Shown one piece after another: positions 1-8,380 of a stretch of 64,000 bases of DNA. Within the stretch, counting starts at the first letter, position 1; each line of letters begins with the position of its first letter. Below the pieces are notes generated by a model. It did not search any database and was not told where the DNA came from. It saw only the letters and a program-made list of their open reading frames with translations. The stretch spans positions 777,791 to 841,790 of the forward strand of contig OZ244849.1 in the NCBI GenBank assembly GCA_965220875.1. The letters run 5' to 3'. A program made the position numbers and the translations under genes. Source of the stretch: Gammaproteobacteria bacterium (lineage in GTDB: Bacteria; Pseudomonadota; Gammaproteobacteria; UBA4575).

Positions 1-496
1 AGTTGAATCGTTTTCGAAAAAAATGCACGAGGATGTTCGCCTGCAGCAAGAGGCTGTATGCGTGGCAGCCGATGCAGGCAAGAAACCTGCCGTGTGTGAT
101 GACGCCGTCGAACTCATCGCCATGCAGCACAAGCAGGCGGCGCCCATCAGCGGTGGTGTGGATACATTCCCTGGCAATCTCGACGTTGCCGAACACATTG
201 CCACAGTAATCACGGAACAGTTCATCATGGTTGCCAGGTACGTAAATCACCCGTGTGCCGTGCTTGGCCTTGCCCAGAATCGTTCTCAACACGTTGTTAT
301 GCGACTGTGGCCAGTAGAAACCCCGTTTCAGGCTCCAACAGTCAATGATGTCGCCGACAAGATACAGGTATTCACTCTGGACGGCGTGCAGGAAGTCCAG
401 CAGCAACTCGGCCTGGCATCCACGAAATCCAAGATGCGTATCCGAGATCCAGATGCTGCGGACTGAATGAGGTGTAATGGAAGGTATGTCAGTCAA
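1..496 (-). CDS. LpxH-family (UDP-2,3-diacylglucosamine diphosphatase-like) calcineurin-type metallophosphoesterase, partial. The N-terminus is in the window and the C-terminus runs off the window start.
   Basis: The reverse-strand translation reads ...SIWISDTHLGFRG...LYLVGDIIDCWSLKRGF...VIYVPGNHDE...LVLHGDEFDG. These are the canonical metallophosphoesterase motifs (DxH, GDxxD, GNH(D/E), GH) arranged as in LpxH. The plus-strand ORFs 3..209 and 23..466 are antisense shadows of it. The start is uncertain: the first in-frame start after the upstream stop is a TTG near 496. Confidence 0.6.
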   Translation of the reverse strand, partial: MTDIPSITPHSVRSIWISDTHLGFRGCQAELLLDFLHAVQSEYLYLVGDIIDCWSLKRGFYWPQSHNNVLRTILGKAKHGTRVIYVPGNHDELFRDYCGNVFGNVEIARECIHTTADGRRLLVLHGDEFDGVITHGRFLACIGCHAYSLLLQANILVHFFRKRFN

Positions 497-681
497 GCTT
501 CATTAATCCCCTGCACGGCGAAGTCTGAGAGCGGTTTGTTACAGGGTTATGCAGCATTTATTTCAGGCAAGTTAAAAGAAGGTCAATAGCATCCTGTTTT
601 AAAAGAAAAAATTTAATCTACGCTTAACACAGGTTTCATCAATCGTTCACGTTACTTCCCTAGGTTAGGCACCACGGGAGT

Positions 682-1239
682 ATGAACACCAACCCTAGAA
701 GCCTGATCTGGTTCAACCGTATCGAGCAAGTTGAACTGCCTTTGTGCACGTATATCAATCGTGCCGGCAACCTGAAGCCATTGAATTTGCTTTTCCGGTC
801 TGTCAACAGGCTGGGCGATGGCCTGTTCTGGTACAGCCTGATCATCACCACGCTGTTGCTGTACGGAAGGAATGCGGTAATTCCCGCCCTCCAGATAGGT
901 CTGTCAGCAGGAGTGGGCGTACTGGTCTACAAGGCACTGAAGGAACGCTTGGTCCGGGAGCGTCCGTTTGTCACGCATGAGGTGATCCGCTGCAATGCGC
1001 GTTCGCTTGACCAGTACAGCTTTCCTTCCGGTCACACCCTGCATGCGGTCAACTTCTCCATACTACTGGTGTGGCATTACCCGGTACTGGCGTGGATGGC
1101 GATTCCGTTTGCGGTGCTGGTCGCACTTTCCAGGGTGGTACTGGGACTGCATTACATTAGCGACGTACTGGTCGGGGGCCTCATCGGAGCGATGATCGCT
1201 GTGGTGAGCCTGTACATCGCATCCCCATACCTGATGTGA
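682..1239 (+). CDS. PAP2-family membrane phosphatase (lipid phosphate / undecaprenyl-diphosphate / lipid A phosphatase-like)
   Basis: 185 aa, multi-TM, with the PAP2 signature motifs KERLVRERP, SFPSGHT and SRVVLGLHYISDVLVG. ATG at 682. Confidence 0.85.
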   Translation: MNTNPRSLIWFNRIEQVELPLCTYINRAGNLKPLNLLFRSVNRLGDGLFWYSLIITTLLLYGRNAVIPALQIGLSAGVGVLVYKALKERLVRERPFVTHEVIRCNARSLDQYSFPSGHTLHAVNFSILLVWHYPVLAWMAIPFAVLVALSRVVLGLHYISDVLVGGLIGAMIAVVSLYIASPYLM

Positions 1240-1443
1240 CAGCTTCTGGGCAAAGAACCTGGTGTAAGAAATCACACCCCCACCAGGGCAAGCATAATCA
1301 GGCCGATCCCAGCTGCTGAGCGATGCAATATCCTTTGTGACGCTGGGGGTGCACGCTGATTGACCGGGCAGGGATTTCAGTGGAAGCTTGGCGACTCAAT
1401 CCCTGTGTTAGAATTCACAGCCCTGCCCGATGATGAAGTGACC

Positions 1444-1923
1444 ATGAGAATAATCAAATCTATAGCACTGATTGTCCTGGTGTGGTTTGCTGCAGGCAGC
1501 CTGTTCGCCGATGAAAAACGCATCATTTACGATTTCGAGTACGGAATATTCTCAAGGGGCATGGAAGACTACAAGGAAGGGGACCGGGCCCTGACGCCCG
1601 AAGGGCCCCTGGAGAAGACCACCGTGATTCCGGCCAGGCTGGGGATGAAATTCGGTGTCCGCTACTGGCTGTCGCGAAGCGGTTTTCTCGCCAAACCCAC
1701 GTTGCACCTGATCTATCACGTGCCCACCATGATCGATCCCAATACAGGTGAATTCATCGACAAGATCGAAATCCTGCAGGAAGAGTCCGAGCTTGACTAC
1801 ATGCATACGATGGCTTTCGAGTTTGCCCGCCAGTATGAACTTGTACCGGGTGAATACCGGTTTTACGTGTTCTTCGAGAACCAGAAGCTGCTGGAGCAGG
1901 TTTTTCAGGTTGTGCTGCAGTGA
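1444..1923 (+). CDS. Secreted hypothetical protein (DUF3859-like)
   Basis: The ORF 1360..1923 has an internal ATG at 1444 followed by a signal peptide, MRIIKSIALIVLVWFAAGSLFA. The mature part is about 135 aa. Family assignment is from memory. Confidence 0.55.
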   Translation: MRIIKSIALIVLVWFAAGSLFADEKRIIYDFEYGIFSRGMEDYKEGDRALTPEGPLEKTTVIPARLGMKFGVRYWLSRSGFLAKPTLHLIYHVPTMIDPNTGEFIDKIEILQEESELDYMHTMAFEFARQYELVPGEYRFYVFFENQKLLEQVFQVVLQ

Positions 1924-1966
1924 CCATGCATTTGAAATCGATTGCCTGCAAGGGCCGCTACGGGTG

Positions 1967-3373
1967 TTATTTTCCCGTTGATGTGACGCGCATCACTGTC
2001 ACGGTACCGCGCTTCTCGTTGGCACTGAACAGGTAATGCTGGCCGTCATGCTCGTAATGGACCAGGCCTTCCGGTGCAAATCGGGTGCCGGTGCCGGCCT
2101 CGGGGTCGACGGGTTCCATGTCCATGACTTTCGGCTGCCCGGGATCTGCCAGGGATACCAGGGCGATGGCATCCGCACGTTCCAGCGCGACAGCCGCATA
2201 CAGTCTGCCGTCTACTTCAAAGCTGACAACACTTTCCGGTTCGGAACCCTTGTTGTCACTGCGTCCATCCGGGTAAAGGCCTGCAGCGTGCGCCATCCGG
2301 TCCAGCTGATCGCCGGTATCTGAAATCAGGACTCCTGTAGAACTGTCGAACACGCTGAGCGTGCGCCCGCCTCCTGCAGGCTTGTTCCCGGTCACCTTGC
2401 CAGCCTTGGGGTCGGTATCGCCTTCATCTGCAGTCAGCAGGAATCTTCCATCCGGACTGACGGCTATTCCGTCAGGTTCACGCAGTGCCCGCAGTGTCGT
2501 GGAAAATTGCACTTTCCCGTCGTCTTTGATATCTGCCAGGTGTTCGGTCATGCCCAGCCCGAATACATTTGAAATGGTCGCAGTGGCCGTATCCACGATA
2601 AGTACGCCGTTGTTTTCCTGCAGGGAAACGAACGCTCTGGCACTGTCGGGGGCGAACACCACATACTCGGGTTCCGTGTTGGCTGGCAGGTTGTCCTTGA
2701 CCGGGATTTCCATCTCTTCGCCGCTGTTGCCGCCCGTTACGATTCTCGGGAATTTCCGTGCATGGGACCTGTCCAGCATGCCCTTGACCTGGCTGAAGTC
2801 CTCAAGAGATATCTGCGTAACCCGCGTATCCTGCAGGCCGTCCCCGAGCAGGATGTGCGTGATGCTGCCTTCGGGGGACTCGTAGTGCCTGCCCGCATAG
2901 CGGTAGGCTTCACCCTCGTTGGCGACCACCAGATGCCTGCCGTCTGGGCTGAAAACCAGGCTGTCGGGATGCACACCGGCTGGAAAGGCCTTCAGCAACC
3001 CGCCCGTTGCGGCATCGTGCACCTGGATGCGACCGGCAGAAAACGGGTCAGGATCGATGACCGCAACGGCAAAAAAGTTTTCCAGGGGATGGAAGGCCAC
3101 CGAGCTGATCTCCTCACCGTCCGTGATAGGGAAACGATGCAGAAATTCCGGTGCCGCGGGTTTTTCAATCGAGAGGATATCGACGGTGCCGTTTGTGCTG
3201 CAGGACAGTGCGAGGCGCCTTGAGCTTTTCTGGATGCTGAGGATCTCCGTGTTCTTGCTGATATCCCTGACATTGTAGATTCCGGCCGTTTCAAGCTTCA
3301 GGTCTGCGCCTGCTGCCGGTGCAGCGGAGACCAGCCAAAGTGTAGCTGCAATGAGAGCGAAAGGTAGTTTCAC
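1967..3373 (-). CDS. Secreted beta-propeller protein, phytase-like / choice-of-anchor-I family; probable Pho-regulon phosphatase
   Basis: The long ORF 1967..3394 has a GTG at 3373 preceded by AGGA and a 6-nt spacer, giving the signal peptide (M)KLPFALIAATLWLVSAAPAAGA. The mature protein carries repeated xSPDGRxL(V/L)xA(N/D)EG blades: FSPDGRHLVVANEGE, AVSPDGRFLLTADEGD, GLYPDGRSD. Confidence 0.75.
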   Translation of the reverse strand: MKLPFALIAATLWLVSAAPAAGADLKLETAGIYNVRDISKNTEILSIQKSSRRLALSCSTNGTVDILSIEKPAAPEFLHRFPITDGEEISSVAFHPLENFFAVAVIDPDPFSAGRIQVHDAATGGLLKAFPAGVHPDSLVFSPDGRHLVVANEGEAYRYAGRHYESPEGSITHILLGDGLQDTRVTQISLEDFSQVKGMLDRSHARKFPRIVTGGNSGEEMEIPVKDNLPANTEPEYVVFAPDSARAFVSLQENNGVLIVDTATATISNVFGLGMTEHLADIKDDGKVQFSTTLRALREPDGIAVSPDGRFLLTADEGDTDPKAGKVTGNKPAGGGRTLSVFDSSTGVLISDTGDQLDRMAHAAGLYPDGRSDNKGSEPESVVSFEVDGRLYAAVALERADAIALVSLADPGQPKVMDMEPVDPEAGTGTRFAPEGLVHYEHDGQHYLFSANEKRGTVTVMRVTSTGK

Positions 3374-3392
3374 GGCATGTCCTGGGCTATAC

Positions 3393-3421
3393 AAAAAAGG
3401 CCGCCTGTGAGGCGGCCTTTT
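3393..3421 (-). terminator. Rho-independent terminator after the phosphate porin gene, bidirectional in form
   Basis: The sequence is aaaaaaGGCCGCCtgtgaGGCGGCCtttt. It has a 7-bp GC stem and 5-nt loop flanked by an A-run and a T-run. It sits 23 bp beyond the porin stop at 3444. Confidence 0.65.
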
Positions 3422-3443
3422 ACAGGGGAAGTATCAAACGTGG

Positions 3444-4694
3444 TCAGAATACGTACTGGGCGCGGAAGGATACGGCCTGGCCGTCCTCATCTTGTCCCGG
3501 GTCCACTTTGTTTGCGTGGTCGGTATCAACGTCCAGATAGTTCAGCATGAGCTTTACGTTCTTGGTCGCATACCAGTTCACTCCCACCGTGAACAACTCG
3601 AACTCATTCTTTTCTGCCACGTCATCTATGTCGAGTTCACCGTCCTCGTACTTGGCAACAAGTTCAACCGCTCCGTTCGGCCCCTTGGGCTTCACCTTGT
3701 CGAACTTGCCGGACTTGCCTTTGTACCCTCGGGTTTCACCCGTGACAATGTAGCTGGCCTGAAGATAGAAACCTTCTGCTTCTACATCACCCAGACCTTT
3801 GTAGTCAGCACCTGCTTCTGCCTCTCTTCCATCAAAGTCCACGTTGCGGTATTCGCCCTGAAGGGAGAACGGACCGAATACTGCGGCTGCTTCGAGTCCA
3901 TACTGATCCGCGTCATCGACGGCAATTTTATGGTCAATGGGCCTGGAACCTATTGTATGGACACCCAGGCGTGTGCGGAAACGCTTTTGTCCATCATCTC
4001 CGAAGTCACGGGATGCAAAGGATCCCGCCAGATGCATGAAGCTGTCCTCGCCCACTGAGAAGTGCCCGCCGACGCGGCCGGCAATACTGTATGCATCGCT
4101 GCCATCGTCGTCTTCGTTATCTTCATCGATCAGGGCGGCCTGCCAGAACACCGGCTTGCTGTGACCGTGCAGCGCGAACTGGAAGGAAGGCTTGCCTGCC
4201 AGGAATCCCAGTTCCGGGGTTGGAGACCGTTCGATGGTGCTGATCCACTTTGAGCTGGTCAGTTCTTCCAGGCCAAAAGGCGCCTTGAACCGGCCCACTT
4301 TTGCTGTCCCGATGCCCATGCCCTTGTAGGAGATCACGGCCGTGTCCATTTCGGCTTCGCCTTCGTCAATATCGACCGTGAACTTGTAACCCCAGTTCTT
4401 GCCGGAGGTGCCCTTCAGTGTCACGCGGGTGCGGCGAAACTCGGATTCCGAGGAGGAGTCGTCCTGATCGTGGTTGACTTCGCTCCACAGGCCGTCGTAA
4501 CTGTCATAGTCGTACATGATACGACCACCGATTGCGAAGCTGTTGCCGTTGTTCGATTTGATTTTGATGCCGCCACCCGTCGTGCTGATCTTGAGCTCTT
4601 CCTTTGACGTCACAGCCCCGGCAAATACCACCGAGCTGGAGCTAAAGACTGCGGCAACGCCGACAGCGCAAAGTAACTGCAGAGTACGTCTCAC
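3444..4694 (-). CDS. oprP: Phosphate-selective porin O/P family outer-membrane porin
   Basis: 416 aa with an N-terminal signal peptide and a beta-barrel ending in ...AQYVF, with a C-terminal Phe. It is adjacent to and divergent from phoB-phoR and pstSCAB. GTG start at 4694 with a GGGAGG RBS 7 nt upstream. Confidence 0.88.
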   Translation of the reverse strand: MRRTLQLLCAVGVAAVFSSSSVVFAGAVTSKEELKISTTGGGIKIKSNNGNSFAIGGRIMYDYDSYDGLWSEVNHDQDDSSSESEFRRTRVTLKGTSGKNWGYKFTVDIDEGEAEMDTAVISYKGMGIGTAKVGRFKAPFGLEELTSSKWISTIERSPTPELGFLAGKPSFQFALHGHSKPVFWQAALIDEDNEDDDGSDAYSIAGRVGGHFSVGEDSFMHLAGSFASRDFGDDGQKRFRTRLGVHTIGSRPIDHKIAVDDADQYGLEAAAVFGPFSLQGEYRNVDFDGREAEAGADYKGLGDVEAEGFYLQASYIVTGETRGYKGKSGKFDKVKPKGPNGAVELVAKYEDGELDIDDVAEKNEFELFTVGVNWYATKNVKLMLNYLDVDTDHANKVDPGQDEDGQAVSFRAQYVF

Positions 4695-4965
4695 GAGATA
4701 ACCTCCCTAGTGTGATTTGTAGTGAGTTGTCCTGTCTTATACTGCTGATCGAGAATTTCAGAGGGCCCATCCTAGGGGGCTTGTATGAAATGAAAGTGAA
4801 TAAATTGTTATAGTTTTGTTACATGAGCGGTATGGTTCCTCGGGTTGTGCCCATTGGTGATCCTTGAAACAGGACCGGGACGAATGATCGTATGCCCCAG
4901 TTTTGCGTTGCCCAGGCACTGGAAATGAGGAATATTTGTGCCGGTACTACAGGTTGTTCACGCAG

Positions 4966-4983
4966 ATGTAATAGTCGTGTAAT
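4966..4983 (+). promoter_or_regulatory. Candidate Pho box upstream of phoB
   Basis: ATGTAATAGTCGTGTAAT is two TGTAAT half-sites on an 11-bp pitch (about 11/18 to CTGTCATA(A/T)A(T/A)CTGTCA(C/T)). An A/T-rich -10-like stretch follows at 4984..4998. It lies about 50 to 110 bp upstream of the two candidate phoB starts. Confidence 0.35.
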
Positions 4984-5036
4984 AAAAATTGAAAATAATC
5001 AGGGTGTTTACTTCCACTAATGTCAGGAATACCACC

Positions 5037-5783
5037 ATGCCAAACCAGAATGCAGTCGAAACACTGCAGGATTCCAGTACTTATGCCAAGCCAATGAACG
5101 GCAAGCGCATCCTGTTGGTTGAAGACGAACGTCCGATACGGGAAATGGTAACGTTTGCCCTCACTCAGGATGGCTACCAAATTGATGAGGCGGAAGACGG
5201 CGCGACGGCGGAAGCCAAGATGGCCGAGCACCTGCCAGACCTGGTCCTGCTGGACTGGATGTTGCCGAATGTGAGCGGACTGGAACTGCTGCGCCGATGG
5301 AAGCGTAATCAATCCATGCAGGAGATCCCGATTATCATGCTCACGGCGCGGGTTGAAGAGCGTGACAAGGTTGACGGGCTGAACTCGGGAGCGGACGACT
5401 ACATTACCAAGCCTTTTTCGGTCAAGGAGCTGTCCGCACGGATTCGTGCCGTGCTGCGCCGGGGTGCGAGTATCCTCGATGACCAGATCCGTGTCGGCCC
5501 CCTCCAACTGGATTCCAAGGCGCATCGTGTCTATGCGGACGGGCAGCCCATCAGCCTGGGACCGACCGAGTTCAGGCTGCTCGAGTTTTTCATGAGTCAC
5601 CCTGACCGGGTCTACACCCGTACCCAGTTGCTGGATTACGTGTGGGGTCGCAACATGTATGTGGAAGAGCGAACCGTGGATGTGCACATCGTGCGCCTGC
5701 GAAAGCTTCTCAAGCCCCTGGAATGTGGCAAGATGATCCAGACGGTCCGCGGGTATGGATACCGGTTTTCAGCCACGCAGTAA
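5037..5783 (+). CDS. phoB: Phosphate regulon response regulator PhoB (OmpR family)
   Basis: Receiver domain (RILLVEDE...DLVLLDWMLP...) plus winged-helix output domain, ending ...TVRGYGYRFS. Start 5037 is supported by AGGA 8 nt upstream. ATG 5094 (MNGKRILLVEDE) gives a 229-aa product that aligns with the E. coli PhoB N-terminus, so 5094 is an equally plausible start. Confidence 0.9.
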   Translation: MPNQNAVETLQDSSTYAKPMNGKRILLVEDERPIREMVTFALTQDGYQIDEAEDGATAEAKMAEHLPDLVLLDWMLPNVSGLELLRRWKRNQSMQEIPIIMLTARVEERDKVDGLNSGADDYITKPFSVKELSARIRAVLRRGASILDDQIRVGPLQLDSKAHRVYADGQPISLGPTEFRLLEFFMSHPDRVYTRTQLLDYVWGRNMYVEERTVDVHIVRLRKLLKPLECGKMIQTVRGYGYRFSATQ

Positions 5784-7093
5784 TGTCATTTGGCGCATGG
5801 TTGTCCGAACTCAATCGAGTACTGGTCGTATTCGTGCCCTGCGTGGTACTCGGCCTGGCCACCGGGCACCTGCAGGAGTTCATCATGGTCGGGCTTGTCG
5901 TGTATGGCGTGTGGACGGTTGCCCAGATGGTAACCCTGAGGCAATGGCTCGAAGGTGGCGCCCGCACGGACGATGCGCCTGAGTATCTGGGTCTGGCGGA
6001 TCAGCATGTTTCCTGCATCGTGGACATTCAGAAAGAATACATGGACAGGCAGGACTCGCTGGAGGAGTTTGTTGGCCAGTTCAATGAAATGATCGCGGCA
6101 TTGCCGGATGCCGTGGTCGTGTTGAAGGTGTCCGGAGAGATACAGTCTTTCAATCGTGCGGCGCATGACCTGCTCCAGATCAATCCGGCCAGTGATGTGC
6201 ACAGCCGAATCACCCAGCTTTTTCGTGACCCCTCCTTCAACGACTACTTCCATGCCGGCCAGTACGATGAGCCTCTGGAAGTGCATGGTTCGGAGGTCGG
6301 GGGAAAGGAGCTGAGCATACGGATCATCCCTTTTGGCCAGGACCGTCTGCTCCTGATTGCCCAGGACATGTCGCAGGCGGCCCGGGTCTATGCGATGCGG
6401 CGCAGTTTCATCTCCAACGCTTCACATGAACTGCGAACTCCGCTGACTGTAATTCTCGGCTACCTGGAAACCTTGTCCGAACACCCGACGCTTCCGAAGG
6501 AATGCCGGATTGCCGTGCATTCAGCAGGCCTTCAGGCCCAGCGCATGAAGCAGCTGGTCGAGGATCTGCTGGCCCTGTCGAGCATTGAGTCAACCGCTTC
6601 AGTTGCCAAGGAATCTTCCGTGGTTCCGGTCCCTTCCGTCGTCATGGAAGTCGTCAAGGAAGTCCGGCTCTCTCCGGGAGTTGCCGCTCACGACATCCGG
6701 GCGCGTATCGAGACAGATGCCGGTCTGAAAGGGGACCTGCGGGAAATTCACAGCATTGTTTCCAATCTGGTCAACAATGCAGTCAAGCATACCGAACCCG
6801 GCACGGATATCCAGGTAATCTGGAAGCTGGGAGATAGCGGTTCGGCGCAATTGACAGTCTCCGATACCGGACAGGGAATTGCGCCGGAACACATTGATCG
6901 GCTGACGGAGAGGTTTTACCGTGTCGATGCGGGGCGCTCGCGAGAGAAAGGGGGAACAGGGCTGGGCCTGTCCATTGTCAAGCATGTGGTGGAAAGACAC
7001 GAAGGGCGTCTGATGATCAGCAGTGAACTCGGTCAGGGAGCCTGTTTCACGTGCAGCTTTCCTGCCAAGCGGCTGTCTTTCGACAATTCCTGA
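5783..7093 (+). CDS. phoR: Phosphate regulon sensor histidine kinase PhoR
   Basis: 436 aa with an N-terminal TM segment, an H-box (SFISNASHELRTPLT), and N, G1 and G2 boxes (VSNLVNNAVKHT, DTGQGI, GTGLGLSIV). The ATG overlaps the phoB stop as TAATG. The upstream part of ORF 5642..7093 is rejected because it overlaps phoB. Confidence 0.9.
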   Translation: MSFGAWLSELNRVLVVFVPCVVLGLATGHLQEFIMVGLVVYGVWTVAQMVTLRQWLEGGARTDDAPEYLGLADQHVSCIVDIQKEYMDRQDSLEEFVGQFNEMIAALPDAVVVLKVSGEIQSFNRAAHDLLQINPASDVHSRITQLFRDPSFNDYFHAGQYDEPLEVHGSEVGGKELSIRIIPFGQDRLLLIAQDMSQAARVYAMRRSFISNASHELRTPLTVILGYLETLSEHPTLPKECRIAVHSAGLQAQRMKQLVEDLLALSSIESTASVAKESSVVPVPSVVMEVVKEVRLSPGVAAHDIRARIETDAGLKGDLREIHSIVSNLVNNAVKHTEPGTDIQVIWKLGDSGSAQLTVSDTGQGIAPEHIDRLTERFYRVDAGRSREKGGTGLGLSIVKHVVERHEGRLMISSELGQGACFTCSFPAKRLSFDNS

Positions 7094-7129
7094 AACCGCA
7101 TCTGCGTTCTGACCGGGTTTATAAACCTG

Positions 7130-7169
7130 GGTTCATAAAACTGTAATAAATCACCCATAACCTTGTAAC
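7130..7169 (+). promoter_or_regulatory. Tandem Pho boxes in the pstS promoter
   Basis: GGTTCATAAAACTGTAAT (14/18 to the Pho box consensus) is immediately followed by CACCCATAACCTTGTAAC (11/18). The 7-mers sit on an 11-bp pitch. A TATAAG -10-like element is at about 7192, and the ATG at 7229. Confidence 0.55.
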
Positions 7170-7228
7170 ACTTCAGGTTCACCATGGGCCGGTATAAGAA
7201 ATACATTTCGTAATCTAAGGAGTTATAC

Positions 7229-8209
7229 ATGTACAAGATTTTTGGTAAGTGCAATGCACTGCTGATCACTTTGCTGGTACTGCTGCCCTTTTCCGTGTCG
7301 GCCGAAGTCAAGGTCGACCAGGAACTCGGGGAATATGCCGCGACCAGTGGCGTTTCAGGCAACCTGTCCAGTGTGGGTTCGGACACGCTGGCCAACCTGA
7401 TGACACTGTGGGCTGAAGAGTACAAGCGGTTCTATCCGAATGTTAACATTCAAATCCAGGCTGCGGGATCCTCGACGGCCCCGCCTGCCCTGACGGAGGG
7501 GACTTCCAACCTCGGGCCGATGAGTCGCAAGATGAAAGACAAAGAGATTGCAGCCTTTGAGAAGAGGTTTGGTTACAAGCCGACCCCTGTTCCGGTTGCA
7601 ATCGATGCGCTGGCAGTGTACGTGCACAAGGACAACCCGATCGAGGGCATGTCCATCGCAGACGTGGATGCAATTTTTTCCAGCACCCGCAAGTGCGGCG
7701 GAAGCATGGATCTGGCCACCTGGGGCGAACTTGGTCTGGAAGGCGATTGGGCCAGGCGTGACATTCAGCTTTTCGGACGCAACTCCGTTTCCGGCACCTA
7801 CGGTTATTTCAAGAAGAAAGCGCTGTGCAAGGGTGACTACAAGTCTACCGTGAACGAACAGCCAGGTTCTGCCTCCGTGGTGCAGTCCGTCTCTTCATCA
7901 TTGAACGGCATTGGCTATTCCGGCATCGGGTACAAGACATCCGGTGTGCGAGCTGTTCCGCTGTCGAAAACGGCTGAGCCGGAGCGTGTGGAAGCCACGC
8001 CTGACAATGCCATTTCTGGAGTATACCCCTTGGCCCGTTTCCTGTACGTGTATGTAAACAAGGCGCCCGGGAAACCCTTGTCGCCCCTCGAGGGAGAATT
8101 TATCAAGATGGTTCTGGCAACACAGGGCCAGAAGGTCGTAGTAAAGGACGGCTACATTCCGCTGCCGGCGAAAGTGGCGTCCAAGGCGCTGGCCAAGCTT
8201 GAGCTCTAG
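7229..8209 (+). CDS. pstS: Phosphate ABC transporter periplasmic substrate-binding protein PstS
   Basis: 326 aa with signal peptide [25 protein letters not shown] and a strong RBS (taAGGAGttatacATG). It is first in the pstSCAB-phoU order. Confidence 0.92.
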   Translation: MYKIFGKCNALLITLLVLLPFSVSAEVKVDQELGEYAATSGVSGNLSSVGSDTLANLMTLWAEEYKRFYPNVNIQIQAAGSSTAPPALTEGTSNLGPMSRKMKDKEIAAFEKRFGYKPTPVPVAIDALAVYVHKDNPIEGMSIADVDAIFSSTRKCGGSMDLATWGELGLEGDWARRDIQLFGRNSVSGTYGYFKKKALCKGDYKSTVNEQPGSASVVQSVSSSLNGIGYSGIGYKTSGVRAVPLSKTAEPERVEATPDNAISGVYPLARFLYVYVNKAPGKPLSPLEGEFIKMVLATQGQKVVVKDGYIPLPAKVASKALAKLEL

Positions 8210-8287
8210 GCCAGCTGGAAGACAACAAAAAGCCTGGATTGAACCGGGCCCGCAGCCAACTCGAGGTCTGCAAACAGTAAGCCAGTT

Positions 8288-8320
8288 GAGGCCCTGATAT
8301 AATGTCGGGGCCTTTTTTAA
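8288..8320 (+). terminator. Hairpin plus T-run between pstS and pstC, a likely partial terminator / attenuator
   Basis: The sequence is GAGGCCCtgatataatgtcGGGGCCTTTTTTaaag, about 80 bp after the pstS stop. Confidence 0.5.
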
Positions 8321-8380
8321 AGACAATCAGGTTTGCATCCACAGACCAGGCATCAGGGTTCCCCAGACACAACAAGAATC

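Noticed and set aside
23-466. A 147-aa plus-strand ORF, with a second ORF at 3..209, at the window start
   Set aside because: Its composition is Ala/Val/Gln-rich and shows no motifs. The opposite strand encodes a clean LpxH-family metallophosphoesterase with all catalytic motifs in order, so this ORF is an antisense shadow.
4732-4749. CTGTCTTATACTGCTGAT as a Pho box for the porin gene or for phoB
   Set aside because: Only the first heptamer matches, the second half-site is poor, and it is oriented away from the porin. It is kept only as a possible single half-site.
5642-5782. An N-terminal extension of the phoR ORF beginning at 5642
   Set aside because: It overlaps the last 140 bp of phoB. 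The ATG at 5783 overlaps the phoB stop in the classic TAATG arrangement and yields a normal 436-aa PhoR with its TM helix at the N-terminus.
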